From assembly GCA_963823665.1 (NCBI GenBank), contig CAWGMQ010000007.1:960001-1024000 (forward strand): DNA of 64,000 bases. Direction: 5' to 3'. Position numbers and translations under genes: made by a program. Shown in pieces: positions 32,775 to 44,300 of the stretch (position 1 is the first letter of the stretch; the number at the start of each line of letters is the position of its first letter). The notes beneath the pieces were generated by a model. It saw only the letters and a list, made by a program, of their open reading frames with translations, was not told the origin of the DNA and ran no database searches. The stretch is from an uncultured Planctomycetota bacterium. Its GTDB lineage: Bacteria; Planctomycetota; Planctomycetia; Isosphaerales; Isosphaeraceae.

Positions 32775-35384
32775 ATGACCATTTCGCCCACGCCAGCCGG
32801 CCCGCCGCGGTTTCTGCCTGTGCTGCTCTTACTTTTTGTGGGCAGCGGCTGCGCGGCGCTGATTTACGAGGTGGTGTGGCTGCAAGTCTTGCAGCTCGTG
32901 ATCGGGTCGACGGCGATCTCGCTCGGGGTGTTGCTGGGGACGTTCATGGGCGGCATGTGCGCCGGGAGTCTGCTGTTGCCTCGCGTCGTTTCGGCGCGGC
33001 GGCATCCGTTGCGGGTTTACGCGGTTCTTGAGCTGGGGATCGGTGTCATCGGGCTGGCGGTGTTGTTCGGGATGCCGCACGTCGAGGCGGTGTACTCGCG
33101 GTATGCGGGGCACGGGATGGCGGGAATCTTGCTGCGCGGGGCGGTGGCCGGGGTGTGCTTGCTGCCACCGACGCTTTTGATGGGTGCGACGCTGCCGGCG
33201 ATCGCGCGGTGGGTCGAGACCACGCCTGTCGGGGTGTCATGGCTGGGGTTCTTCTACGGGGGCAACATCGCCGGGGCCGTGATCGGCTGCCTGGTCGCCG
33301 GGTTTTACCTGCTGAGGGTGTGGGACATCGCGGTGGCGAGCTACGTCGCGGTGGCGCTCAACGTGCTCGTCGCGGTGGTTGCGCTGGCGCTGGCGGGTGG
33401 TCCGGCGCGATACGAAGCGGCGGCAAACGCGGCAAGGGGATTGAGCGCGGGGCACACCGGTGGCACGCGGGCGGTGTATCTGGCGATTGCACTCTCGGGG
33501 ATGTCGGCGCTGGGGGCCGAGGTTGTGTGGACGCGACTGCTTTCGCTGTTGCTCGGCGGAACGGTGTATACGTTTTCGCTCATCCTGGCCGTCTTTCTGA
33601 TCGGCCTGGGGATCGGCAGCAGCCTCGGGGCAGGTCTGTCGGGGCGGATCGCGTCGCCGCGGATGGCACTGGGCGTCTGCCAATGGCTCTTGACCGCGGC
33701 GATTGCCTGGACGGCGCTGATGATGTCGGAGTCGCTGCCGTACTGGCCGATCGTCCCGGCGCTTTCGGCGAGCCCGTGGTATACGTTTCAGATCGACCTG
33801 GTGCGCTGCCTCTGGGCGGTGCTGCCGCCGGCGTGCCTGTGGGGGGCGAGCTTCCCGCTGGCGCTGGCGGCGGTGGCTGTGCGCGGGCAGGACCCGGGGC
33901 GGCTGGTGGGAGGAGTGTATGCGGCCAACACGATCGGCGCCATCGGTGGTGCGCTCGCTTTCAGCCTGCTGGTCGTTCCCGCACTCGGCACGGCGGGGGC
34001 AGAGCGCGTGCTGATCGGCGTTGCTGCGCTCGCGGCACTGGCGGCTTGCTTGCCGCTGTTGCGCACGGCGGGGGACGGCGTGCGCGCGCGCGTGCCCGGT
34101 GCGGCGGCGGTGGGGCTCGTGGCGATGACGGCGGCGGCGGGCGGTCTGGCCTGGAGGGTGACGCCGGTGCCGTGGCCGGTCGTGGCGTTCGGCCGGCAGT
34201 CGGCGAGCTGGCTCCAACGAGCGGGCGCCGGAATCGTGAAGGACGTACCGAGCGAGCCGGGCAAGGCGGAGATCTTTTGCAACTACGTCGGCGAGGGGAT
34301 GAACGACTCGGTCGCCGTCACGCTGAACAAGGATGGCGTGCGCAGCTTCCACGCTGCCGGCAAGATCCAGGCGTCGACTTTGCAGTACGACATGCGGGTG
34401 CAGCGGATGCTGGGACACATCCCTGCGCTCGTGCACAAGAAGCCCAAGTCAGTGCTGGTCGTTGCCTGCGGCGCGGGAGTCAGCGCCGGTTCATTCCTGT
34501 TGCATCCTGATGTCGAGCGCGTGGCGATCTGCGATATCGAGCCGCTGGTGCCGAAGCGGGCGACGCCGCTCTTCGGCGAGGAGAATTACCACGTCGTCGA
34601 CGGCATCGCGCGAGAGAACCCCCACACGGTGAGCGGCAAGCAGGTCGAGGTATTCTACGACGACGGCCGGCACTTCCTGCGCACGACACAGGAGAAATTT
34701 GACATCATCTCTTCAGACCCGGTCGACCCGTGGGTCAAGGGATGCTCCGCGCTCAATACCGTGGAGTATTACCAGATGTGCCGAGATCACCTGAAACCGG
34801 GCGGGAACATGTGTGTCTGGATCCCGCTCAACCAGAGCAACCTGGCGACGACGAAGAGCGTGATCGCCACGTTTTTCCAGGTGTTCCCGCACGGCACGTT
34901 GTGGAGCAACGAGCGCGAAGGGGAAGGCTACGACGCCGTCCTTTTCGGCGAGCTGGAGCCGACGGTGATCGACGTCGACCTGCTGCAGCAGAGGCTGGAT
35001 CGTCCCGATCACAAGCTGGTGAAGCAGTCGCTTCGGGAGGTGGGCTTCGGGGAGTTGAGGACAGAGACGGACGGCATGGTGGTCGAACCGGAGGAGGGGA
35101 TTGACCTGCTGGCGACGTACATCGGCCAGGCGCCCTTGATGACGGAGTGGTCGCGGGGGGCACAGATCAACAGCGACCGGACGCTGCGGCTGCAATACAT
35201 GGCCGGGTTGTGGCTGAATTCGTACATCGGGGAGCGGATCCTGGCGAGCATTCTGGCGGATTACCGCTTCCCCGACCAGACATTCGTCGGCCCGAAGGAG
35301 AAGCTCGACGAACTGAAGCAGCACCTGGACCGCAGGAATCGGTGGTTTCAGGAGTTTTTTGCGAACAAGGAATCTGGCGAGTGA
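32775..35384 (+). CDS. Fused membrane domain / spermidine-synthase-like (SAM-dependent fold) protein
   Basis: SGCAALIYEVVW, LPPTLLMGATLP, YAANTIGA, C-terminal PKSVLVVACGAGVSAG, CDIEP, DDGRHFL...KFDIISSDP.DPW. Confidence 0.88.
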   Translation: MTISPTPAGPPRFLPVLLLLFVGSGCAALIYEVVWLQVLQLVIGSTAISLGVLLGTFMGGMCAGSLLLPRVVSARRHPLRVYAVLELGIGVIGLAVLFGMPHVEAVYSRYAGHGMAGILLRGAVAGVCLLPPTLLMGATLPAIARWVETTPVGVSWLGFFYGGNIAGAVIGCLVAGFYLLRVWDIAVASYVAVALNVLVAVVALALAGGPARYEAAANAARGLSAGHTGGTRAVYLAIALSGMSALGAEVVWTRLLSLLLGGTVYTFSLILAVFLIGLGIGSSLGAGLSGRIASPRMALGVCQWLLTAAIAWTALMMSESLPYWPIVPALSASPWYTFQIDLVRCLWAVLPPACLWGASFPLALAAVAVRGQDPGRLVGGVYAANTIGAIGGALAFSLLVVPALGTAGAERVLIGVAALAALAACLPLLRTAGDGVRARVPGAAAVGLVAMTAAAGGLAWRVTPVPWPVVAFGRQSASWLQRAGAGIVKDVPSEPGKAEIFCNYVGEGMNDSVAVTLNKDGVRSFHAAGKIQASTLQYDMRVQRMLGHIPALVHKKPKSVLVVACGAGVSAGSFLLHPDVERVAICDIEPLVPKRATPLFGEENYHVVDGIARENPHTVSGKQVEVFYDDGRHFLRTTQEKFDIISSDPVDPWVKGCSALNTVEYYQMCRDHLKPGGNMCVWIPLNQSNLATTKSVIATFFQVFPHGTLWSNEREGEGYDAVLFGELEPTVIDVDLLQQRLDRPDHKLVKQSLREVGFGELRTETDGMVVEPEEGIDLLATYIGQAPLMTEWSRGAQINSDRTLRLQYMAGLWLNSYIGERILASILADYRFPDQTFVGPKEKLDELKQHLDRRNRWFQEFFANKESGE

Positions 35385-35425
35385 CGCGCGCGCGCTTGAG
35401 GTGCGCTGGAGTCGCTATCGGAGGG

Positions 35426-35454
35426 GCGGGCGGCACACGGAGTGTGCCTGATAC
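35426..35454 (-). repeat. GTAG-type REP-like element (GCGGGCGGCACACGGAGTGTGCCTGATAC)
   Basis: Hairpin GGCACAC-GGA-GTGTGCC; same family as the copies at 63058-63139. Confidence 0.8.
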
Positions 35455-35456
35455 AG

Positions 35457-35480
35457 GGGAAAAGGTTCCTGACACCTTTT
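35457..35480 (+). repeat. 24-nt hairpin repeat GGGAAAAGGTTCCTGACACCTTTT, copy 2
   Basis: Identical to 32036-32059. Confidence 0.9.
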
Positions 35481-35481
35481 C

Positions 35482-35715
35482 TCACTCGAGCGGCCGGTTT
35501 GCCAAGTCCCCGATGACTTGGGAGACCCCCTCATGATCGAATACGGAAGGGATGCCCCCCGGACCGACGAAAGTGCCCACTCCGTCCCGCACGGCGATCG
35601 CATCCGGATGATCCACCTCGAGCCGCTCGCCATTGACCAGCGCCAACGTAAACGGGCGGAACGGTGCCTGGTGCTTGAACATGCGAATCGTGGCATCGAA
35701 GGTATCGGGATCCAT
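35482..35715 (-). CDS. Small conserved hypothetical protein
   Basis: PFRPFTLALVNGERLEVDHPDA pattern, typical of small planctomycete proteins. Confidence 0.75.
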   Translation of the reverse strand: MDPDTFDATIRMFKHQAPFRPFTLALVNGERLEVDHPDAIAVRDGVGTFVGPGGIPSVFDHEGVSQVIGDLANRPLE

Positions 35716-35827
35716 GCTGAGGTCTCCGGGTATTCGTCGGATGATCTATTGTATCGTAGCCGCGTTGAGTCGACGGGGCAATTGACCGTAGACGATCTCG
35801 TCGGATCTTCGCCACAGCCGGCTGGGC

Positions 35828-38800
35828 TCATTTCCCATTTGTGAGGGCTTGGTCGATTGCTTCGGCGAAGAGGAACTCCTGGATGCGCCAGACCTGCTCG
35901 AAGAGCTTTTCTTCGGGTTGTTTTTCGTTCGGGGGCCAGGCGATGGAGAGGGAACGGGCGGCGCGTTCCATCATTTTCATGCCGTCTTCTGCGGACGGTT
36001 CCCGGCTGCTCCACGCGACCCGGCCGTCGCGGGCGATCAAGACCAGCGTGGGATAGCCGGTGACTCCGTACTGTTTCGCGGTTTCATCCTCGCCTGCGTC
36101 GACGGCCGTGGGGAGGTTGAATTTGATGTGCTCCAGGAAGTTTCGCACGTCGACCAAATCCGTGCCCGCGGTGTGGATGCCGATGAACACGACGTCGCGG
36201 TCTTTGTACCTGGCTTCGAGGTTCTTGATGGCCGGCATGGCGTATCCGCAGGGGCCGGACCAGATCCCCCAGAAATTGAGGGCCACAACCTTGCCCTTGT
36301 AATCAGCGAGCGACCTGGACTTGCCGTCGGACCATTCCTTCACCGAGAGGGGTGGGGCCGGTTTTCCGCGCAGGCTCGGGGGGTTAACGTTGGCGCGGCG
36401 GTCGCGGGCGGAGGTGTCGAGACCGGGTTCTGCTGGGGGATCGGAGTTAGACGGACGGTGAGTGGGTTTGTTCCATCGCCGGCGAACGCGGTGGTATTCG
36501 CGTAGGAGTCGCCGTAGGAGACGTACAGCTCGGTGGCGCCGGCGGGCAGATTCCGGATCTCGCACTCGCCGCGCTCGTCCGTCATCGCGATCTGGGAGCT
36601 GGAAGCCCATGACCTCGACGGATCAACCCAGGCGCCGCGGGCGGGCTTGCCGCTCGGATCGAGAACGCGCACGCGGATGGATTTTCCAGGCAGCAACACA
36701 ATGCGGCCGAAATCAATGGGAACGCTGGGATCATCCGGGCGCGCGATCGGCCGGGTGTCGACTCCGCCAAATCCCTCCTTGATCACGGCGAGCCGGAGTT
36801 TCGTGCCGGGCTCGGCGGCGGTGCGAATCCAGTGGTCACGCAGGGAGAACCGGCCGTCAGCGGCGGTGAGGCCGGTCGTGACGATCGAGTTCGCGACAAG
36901 GCCGACGCGGGCGCCGGGTACGGGTTGACCTTTTTCATCGACGACGGTTCCACGGACATCGCCGATCTTGGCCGGGTTAACCGGCTTCAAGTCGACGTCG
37001 ACGAGTAACTCGCCTTGATCCAGCCACGCCCGCGCATGGCGCAGGGTTGCGACCTTTCCCTGGGCGTCGGTGATGCGGTACGTCGAGGCCTGTTGCTCTG
37101 GAGCGACCTGGCGAATCTGGTCGATGCGGCGGATCTGGTCGATGCGGAAACCGGCCTCGATCGAGAGTGTTGCCGGTTCCGGCCGCGACTCCCACTTGCC
37201 GGTCGGTTCCCAGAACTCAACCACGACGAGCCGGAATTCGCCGTGAAAACCCGGTAGCGTGACTCGCGCAATTCCGACCGAGTCGGTGTCGCACCAGGAC
37301 ATTGTCCGCGGTTTGGGATCCAAACGCGTCGCGATGCACTGGATGCCGGGGATGCGCTTGCCCGTGGGGAATTCGAAAGCGCGCAGCCGCAGCGGCGTAC
37401 CCCGGCGCACCGAGAAGTCCTTCGTGAAAACGGGCGACTCGGGGGATGTGACGAGATTACTGGCGGCGCCTCCTTCGGACCAGTATCCCGGCGGCGCATC
37501 GAACCGGCCGACGCTGACACTTCCGAAGGGCACGTCGATCGAATAATGGCCGTTCGCGTCCGTCTGCCCGGTGACCGCGTCGTGATAGATGCTCAGGCCT
37601 TTGGAGGTCTTGCCGAGCATGAACCGGACGGTCGCACCGCTGACGGGCTCATCGGTTCCGCTCACGGTGACGGTGCCAACGATCTTTCCTTGCGCCACGG
37701 CCGCGGCTTGTGCTTGGCCGGGCTTGTTCTGTGGTGGCGATGCGGAAGGGGGCCGAGCGTGGACCGCCTGGACGGACGGCGCGACGGAGGGAAGCAACAC
37801 GATGGCAACTGCCGCGAGCGCGAGTGCAGCCCAGGGTGAAACCTGGCGAGGCAGGCGGCCCTCGAGCACGGCTTCGATCCGCCCTTTGAGGACGCCGCGA
37901 TTATTGAGGAAGGGGCTGGCGAGTGCCGGTGCCCGGCGGTGCGCTCGAGAGGCAAGTGTGGCCGCTTTGAACAGAGCTTCGGCGTAGCATTTCTTGCTGT
38001 CGGGAAAGGCCCAGGCGACCCAGGCATCACAGCACAATTCTTCGAACTCGTGCAGCTTGCGGCGGACGCTCCAGACCAGCGGGTTCCACCAGTAGATCAA
38101 CGAGATCACGAGCTCGAACCCGCGGACCCAATGATCGCGCCGCTTCAGATGGGCCAATTCGTGCGCGAGCACCATTGATGTTTGTTGTTCGTCAAGCTGG
38201 CTCGAGAGCCTCGCGGGCAAGGCGATGATTGGCCGAGGACCGACACACCAGACCATGGGGATGTCGACGCCATCGACGAGTCGAAGATCGGGTACGCGAC
38301 GGAGGCCAAGCTTCCTGGCAAGGTTGGCGGCGATGGTTTGCAGCCGCTGTGGGGCCGCCAAGGTTTGCAGGATCATGCGATTGAAACGGATGATGCGCCA
38401 GAGAGCGATCGCTGCGCAGAAGCCGAGGCCGGCGATCCAGGCGATGAATACCGCGATGATCGCTTCGTTTGTGCGCCGGCGGATGAAATTGAGTGATGTT
38501 GTATACATAGTTATGAATGTTGTAGGCCGAGTGCCCGTAGACGATGGTGCGTCGGGTTTGTCTTTGTCGTTCACGATGAGTTTGTCTGTTCCTCCGCCGC
38601 GGGGAACGGAACCTGGGAGAGACGCGAACGCTGTATGGGAGTCGGCGCCAGGGAAACTGCTTTCTCGCGCCAGGTCTGGACCGCTGCCGCGGGCCTCGAT
38701 CGTGGGGTGGCGGGCGAGAAGGCCTGTGACATCGACCTGGAGTATCGGCGGGCCGATCAGCTTGGCGAGCACGAGGAGCCACAGAATGTGGGCTACGGGT

Positions 38801-38895
38801 GGGCGTCGCCAGAGGCGCGTGAGGCCAAAGACCAGGATGCCCAGGATGCCGGCGACGATCGTGTTCTGTGCGGCAATCGCGAGGAGTTCATTCAT
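35828..38895 (-). CDS. BlaR1/M56 family metallopeptidase with carboxypeptidase-regulatory-like repeats and a C-terminal TlpA/redoxin domain (frameshift near 36385)
   Basis: HILWLLVLAKL, LAHELAHLKRRDH, WWNPLVW, EELCCD, LKGRIE; GTVVDEKGQPVPGARV repeats; SLADYKGKVVALNFWGIWSGPC...YGVTGYPTLVLIARDG. Confidence 0.9.
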
Positions 38896-39289
38896 GGGTG
38901 GGCTCCGGTCGCTTCGCGTAGTTGTCGAGGATTCTGCGGATTTCGGCCGCTTCTTGCGTCGTGAGCCGTTTTTCTTCGACCAGGTGCATGATGAGAGGGG
39001 CGATTGATCCATCGCCCAGTCGATCGGCCAAGGCCGACAGTTCGCTGCCGACGACGCTCGCCTGGGACACAGCCGCGGAGAACATGTGGACTGCGGAACT
39101 TCGGTCACGCGCGACGAGACCCTTGCGCTCGAGGCGCTGGAGGAACGAATGCACCGAGGCGAATTCCGATTCCGCACCGCCGGGGTAGATCGCCTCGGTG
39201 AGCGCCCTCGCCGTCTGGGGCCCGTTCTGCCACAGGGCTTTTAACACCGCCAACTCGGCGTCGGTGACGGTTTGAGGACGCTTGCTCAC
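38888..39289 (-). CDS. BlaI/MecI/CopY family transcriptional regulator
   Basis: VTDAELAVLKALW...SVHSFLQRLERKGLVARD...LIMHLVEEKRLT; overlaps the start of the M56 gene. Confidence 0.93.
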   Translation of the reverse strand: MSKRPQTVTDAELAVLKALWQNGPQTARALTEAIYPGGAESEFASVHSFLQRLERKGLVARDRSSAVHMFSAAVSQASVVGSELSALADRLGDGSIAPLIMHLVEEKRLTTQEAAEIRRILDNYAKRPEPTHE

Positions 39290-39641
39290 TTTGAAAACCC
39301 CCCGTTCAGTTCCTTGCGCAGGCATCACGCCTATTCACCATAGGTGGTATGCCTATGCGCGTCAAGTGAGCGGTGCGGCATCTGAATCGATTTTTCGCGT
39401 AGTTTGTGCGCAGGCGGGTTTCCGGTTGCGCGGGATGTGCGGATCACACAGTCGTGATAATCTCGGTCAACTTTCTGAAAGCGGTGATTTGAACCTTATA
39501 TTGCTGAGTGAACGGGGAAGAGCCCTTGATAAGAGAGGCCACCCTCCCTAATTACACACCATTTTCACGTTTCTGAATAGTCGGTCGATTGCGGGCGGAG
39601 TTACTGGACGCTCGCGCGACGGAGAGGTTTATGGTGATGCG

Positions 39642-40915
39642 ATGAGTGAGCAGCAGGGTGGGACGGTTGTCGGAATGAACGATCAGCGAGCTTCGACTGG
39701 CAATGCCTCGCGGTTTAATGCAATCAAGCATGGGCTCACGGCGAAGACGCCGGTTTTGCCGGGGGAGGATCCGGCGGAGCTTCAGGCGAAGATTGATGCG
39801 TATAGAACGGGTCATAAGACTCGAAATGAAGCCGAGGGAGATCTGGCCAAGCTGGCGGCGATGGCTTACTGGCGGGCCATGCGGGCTAACCGTTTAGAAG
39901 TTTTTCGCGTGACCGGCGACATGGTGAGGCGATCGCGAGCGGAGGCGCTTCGCGAGGCAGACGCGGTGATCGCGCTCGGGGAGCGCTTGCTCTTTGACCG
40001 TCGCGGACCGGAGCAGCTCTATCCGTCGCGGGACTATGAGCACAAGGAGCCGCGGACCTCGTGGTCGGGGGAAGCCGATGACCCGGATAAACCGGGCAGG
40101 CTGGTCCTTCAGCTCGAGGCTACCCGCGCCGGCCGACGCTGGCTGCGGGAGCGGCTGGGCGAGGTGCGGAAGCCGATCGACTCGGGAGAGGGCTGGGTGT
40201 CGTGCCAGAAATTCATGGCTCTCCGGTTGCCGGGAAAGCAGCCGCTCGATGCGCTCTTCGATCGAGAGGCCGCCTTGGTGTTCCTTGCGAGCCATGCCAT
40301 CAGGCCGGCCTTCAAGTCCGCCTTCCGCGAGCTCCGGTGCGAGATCCACTATGATCGGGTGAAGTTCCATGAGGGCCAGCTTACGCGCCCGGAGTTACGC
40401 GCGATCACGCCGTCCGATGCAGGGGCAGGACTGGCTGTGCTGCTTGCGATCATCGACAAGGCCATCGAGCGCCTGTGGAGGCTCGAAGCCGAGAACGCGG
40501 AAGCTGACGAGATTCTCGAGCTGGCCGAACTGATCGTGGGGACGGGGGCGACCCTTCGGGTGCCCGAGACCCGGGCCGAACTCGCGTGGGTGAAGAGGAG
40601 ACCTACGGTCGGGCGGACGGCGGGGTCGGAGACCCGCGCCGAACTCAGAGTGTGGACGGCGGCGACCCTTCCGGTGCCCGAGACCCGCGCCGAACTGGTA
40701 GCGGGGACGGGGGCGAGCCTTCAGGTGCCCGAGAGCCCAAGCGCGAGAGACGACGGCGGCGGCGGCGGGAGGTGGCGAAGAAGGAGATCGAGCGCAGGGG
40801 CGGGGCGAGCAAGATGGGACGCAACGTGCCGAGCGATGCGGTGCTTGACAGCATTGAGTGGATCATGCCGAACTCTGTTGCGTTTCTTCGGAAGCACTCG
40901 AAGCGGTCGCCATGA
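39642..40915 (+). CDS. Hypothetical protein of the NA.KHGL.A type with in-frame repeat insertions (probable frameshift near 40735)
   Basis: SRFNAIKHGLTAKTPVLPGEDPAEL; probable C-terminus ...REVAKKEIERRGG...LRKHSKRSP in the 40586 frame. Confidence 0.6.
40521..40738 (+). repeat. Cluster of about four REP-like units ending GAGACCCGCGCCGAACT
   Basis: GCCGAACT at 40524, 40575, 40638 and 40689 (spacing 51/63/51). Confidence 0.8.
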
Positions 40916-41370
40916 TGGTGTCTGCTTGTTGGCGGGTCGAGAGAAGTCTCTGCATGATTTCTGAGCAGCTTCGGCCCTAACTGATGCATTGTGTCGCTTG
41001 ATTTCTGATATGGGGGCAGGCTTTGGGGAACGGTATCGAATTTGCCGTTGCTAACGCATTGGGAATTAGTGTCCAATGATTGGGAAGGCGCGATCTGGAA
41101 GTCCATGAATTGGCCGTGTGACCGTGTTCTCTACTTGCTTGCCGGCATCGAGACAAAAGCAAGCGGCACCCGTCGCGCCGATCTCCGGCAGGTTGTCTGC
41201 CGTGATTCCAGGAAGGGAGCCCAAACAGCTTGGCACTTCTGAACCGATCGCGGGGTTCGAGCGCGCTTCCGAGCGACCTGGTTGAATTCGCCGCGAAACG
41301 CTGGGGCGGGTGCGAGAACAAGACGAGCTTGTTCGGGTCGGGTGGCAACGCGCGCCGGGTGCGCGTTCCG

Positions 41371-44300
41371 ATGCGGCTTGGCGTCTTTACCGGTCTGGCG
41401 GTCCTTGTCTTTCTCTTTGCCGGCGGTCTGGCGGGTCTGGCGCTGGGCCAGTTCGGGCAGTTTGGTCAGTGGAACAATCGCGGGGCGCCGCCGTTTGACC
41501 CGAACTCGAGCGGTCCGGCGGCGAAGCACCTGCAAATCGCAGCGGACCATGCGCGGGGCGCGCACTGGTCTGAAGCGGTGCAGATGTATCAGAAAGTGAT
41601 CGAGCAGTTCGGCGAGCGGGTGACCGTGCTGCCGGCGGAGGGGGGGGCTTTGGCCGGTCCGGGAGCGGGAGCGGCCAATGCGAGCGAGTTCGTGCTTTAT
41701 GTGGACGATCGCTGGTATTGCCACCGGGCGATCTCGAAGCTGCCGCCGGAGGCGCGAGCGATTTATCGCAGACGGGTGGACGGGACAGCAGAGCGCTGGT
41801 TTGCCCAGGGGCAGAGCGGGCGCGACCTGACGCTGTTGCGGCGGGTGGTCGATCAGATGTTCTGCAGCTCCTGGGGCGACGATGCGCTCGAGCTGCTGGG
41901 CGATCTGGCGTTTCAGGATGGACGATTCGGGGAGGCGCGGACGGCATACGGGCGGATCGTCGCGGACCATCCCGAGGATCCACACGTGCTGGTGCATCCC
42001 GATCCGTCGGTCGACCTGGCGCGGGTTGCCGCCAAGAAGCTGTTGTGCCGGGCTGCCGCGGGGGAGGATCCGCCCGGCGCGGCTGATCTGAACGAGCTTC
42101 GCCGCGCTACCCCGGCGCGAGCGGCAAGCTGGCGGGCCGGAACGGCCTTTATGCGGAGATCGTGGCGCAGGCGCTTGAGCTGGACGGGCTGGGCCCGGCG
42201 CGCGAGCGGGACAATAGCTGGCCAACCTTTGCGGGGTCGTTCGCGCGGACGCGGATCGTGCCGGCGCCGATCGATGTGGGCTCCTTGCAGTGGAAAGTGG
42301 ACCTCGAGAAAGTCGTGGTCTCGCAGGCGCCGACGTTCAATCCGCGAACCGGAATGGGCGGGGGGCCGGTGTCGGTTGCGCCGGAGCGGCTGCTGGCGTA
42401 TCATCCGATCGTGCTAGGCGACCAGGTGATCGTCTGCGATGGCTTCCGGGTGCAGGCATTTAACTTGAACGACCGGCCGCAGGAGGGGGAGAACAGCACG
42501 CCCAGGCTGATCAACCCGGTGTGGAAGTATCCGCCTGACGACGATCCCACCGTTCCGCACGTGCGGCCTGGGGGCCAGGGAATTCCAAGGTACACGCTGA
42601 CGGCCGCCGGGAACAAGATTTACGCGCGGATGACGCTGCACGGGGCGACGTCGGCGGGGACTTTCGGGAGCAGGTTGGCGTCGAACTCGATCGTGGCGCT
42701 TGACTGGAGCGCACAGGGGAAGATCTTGTGGGAGCAGCGGTCGAGCACGCTGGCCTTGCCCAACCGGCCGGCGGACCGGCTGGGGAACCGGCTGGTCAGC
42801 TTCGAGGGAACGCCGGTCGCGGACGAGCGCAATGTGTACGTGGGGGTGACGGATCGGCGCGACAAGACCGAGATCTACGTCGCGTGCTTCGACGCGGATT
42901 CGGGCAACGTGCGGTGGATCCGGTACGTCGGCGCCGGCACGCCTGAAGGCGAGATCAACAACTTCGGGTTCGGCGGGATGCAGCCGCCCGCGATCTCGCC
43001 GCACGACTTCAATCACAGATTGCTCTCGCTGGAGGGGTCGACTCTTTACTATCAGACGAATCTGGGGGCGCTGGCGGCGATCGATGCGGCGACCGGCGCG
43101 ACCATGTGGGTGGCGACTTACCCACGGCAAGACCTGCATCAGCAAGCGGGGGCACTCGAGCGCGATCTGAACCCCGCCGTGATTCACGACGGCCGGGTGT
43201 TCATTGCTCCGGCCGACGCGGACGCGATCTTCGCGTTTGATTCCTTGAGCGGCCGCATGGTCTGGAAGACGGAGCGAATCGCCGAGGACATCAAGCTGGC
43301 GCATTTGCTGGGGGTTGCCAAGGGACGGCTGGTGGCCACGGGCAATCGCGTGGTGCTATTCGACGTGAAGACGGGGGAGGCGCGTCAGGTCTGGCCGGAC
43401 TCGGGGAAGGCGGTTGAAGGCCACGGGCGCGGGCTGCTGGCGGGGAACATGATTTACTGGCCGACCCAGAACGAGATCCGGATCCTCGACCAGCGCACCG
43501 GGCTGCCGCCGGCGGAGCCGCCAATCCGGCTGATGGAGGCATTTCATGCGAAGCCGGGAAACCTGGTGGCCGGCGACGGCTTCCTGATCGTGGCGCAGGC
43601 AGACGGCCTGGCGGTCTTCTGCCAGAACAGCCGGCTGATCGAGCGGTACCGGCAGCAGATCGCGGCTGCGCCTGAGGATGCCGCGAACTACTTCCGGCTA
43701 GCGCGGGCGGCGGAGTCGGTCGGCAGCAACGAAGTGGCGCTCGAGATGTATGGCAGGGCGGTCGAGAAGGCGCGCGCGAACGAGACGATCGACGGGCTTT
43801 CTCTCTCCGGGGTGGCGCGGAAGCAGGAATTCCGGCTGCTGGTGCGGCTGGCGTCGTCGGCCCGCAAGGCGCCGCGAGTGGGACGTCGCCGCCCTACGAC
43901 TCAAGACGGCCGCGGATGTCGCCCGGTCGGCCAACGAACAGCTCGAAGCGCAGCTCCTCCTGGCCGATGTGCTGGTGGATGCGTCCAGGCCGCGCGAGTC
44001 GGTGGCGATCTGTCAGCAGCTTCTGGCCGACGACAGATTGCGGAGCCTGCCGGTGGCCGCGGCGGACGGTCAGCGGACGGTGCGGGCGGACCTCATGATC
44101 GGCGACCGGCTCAAGTCGATCCTGGAGCAGAGCGGCCGAGAGGTCTATGCGACGTTCGAGAAGGAGGCGGCGGCGCTCTTCGAGCGCGGCAAGAAAGAGC
44201 AGGACGCGCGGGTTCTCGACGACGTTTGCCGCGCCTATCCCGAGGCGCGAGTCGTGCCGGAGGCGCTGCTGGAGCTGGGCAGAGTCTACGAGCGTGGCGG

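Noticed and set aside
40521..40738. CRISPR-like repeat-spacer pattern
   Set aside because: Units are degenerate, the intervening parts resemble each other, and they lie inside an ORF.
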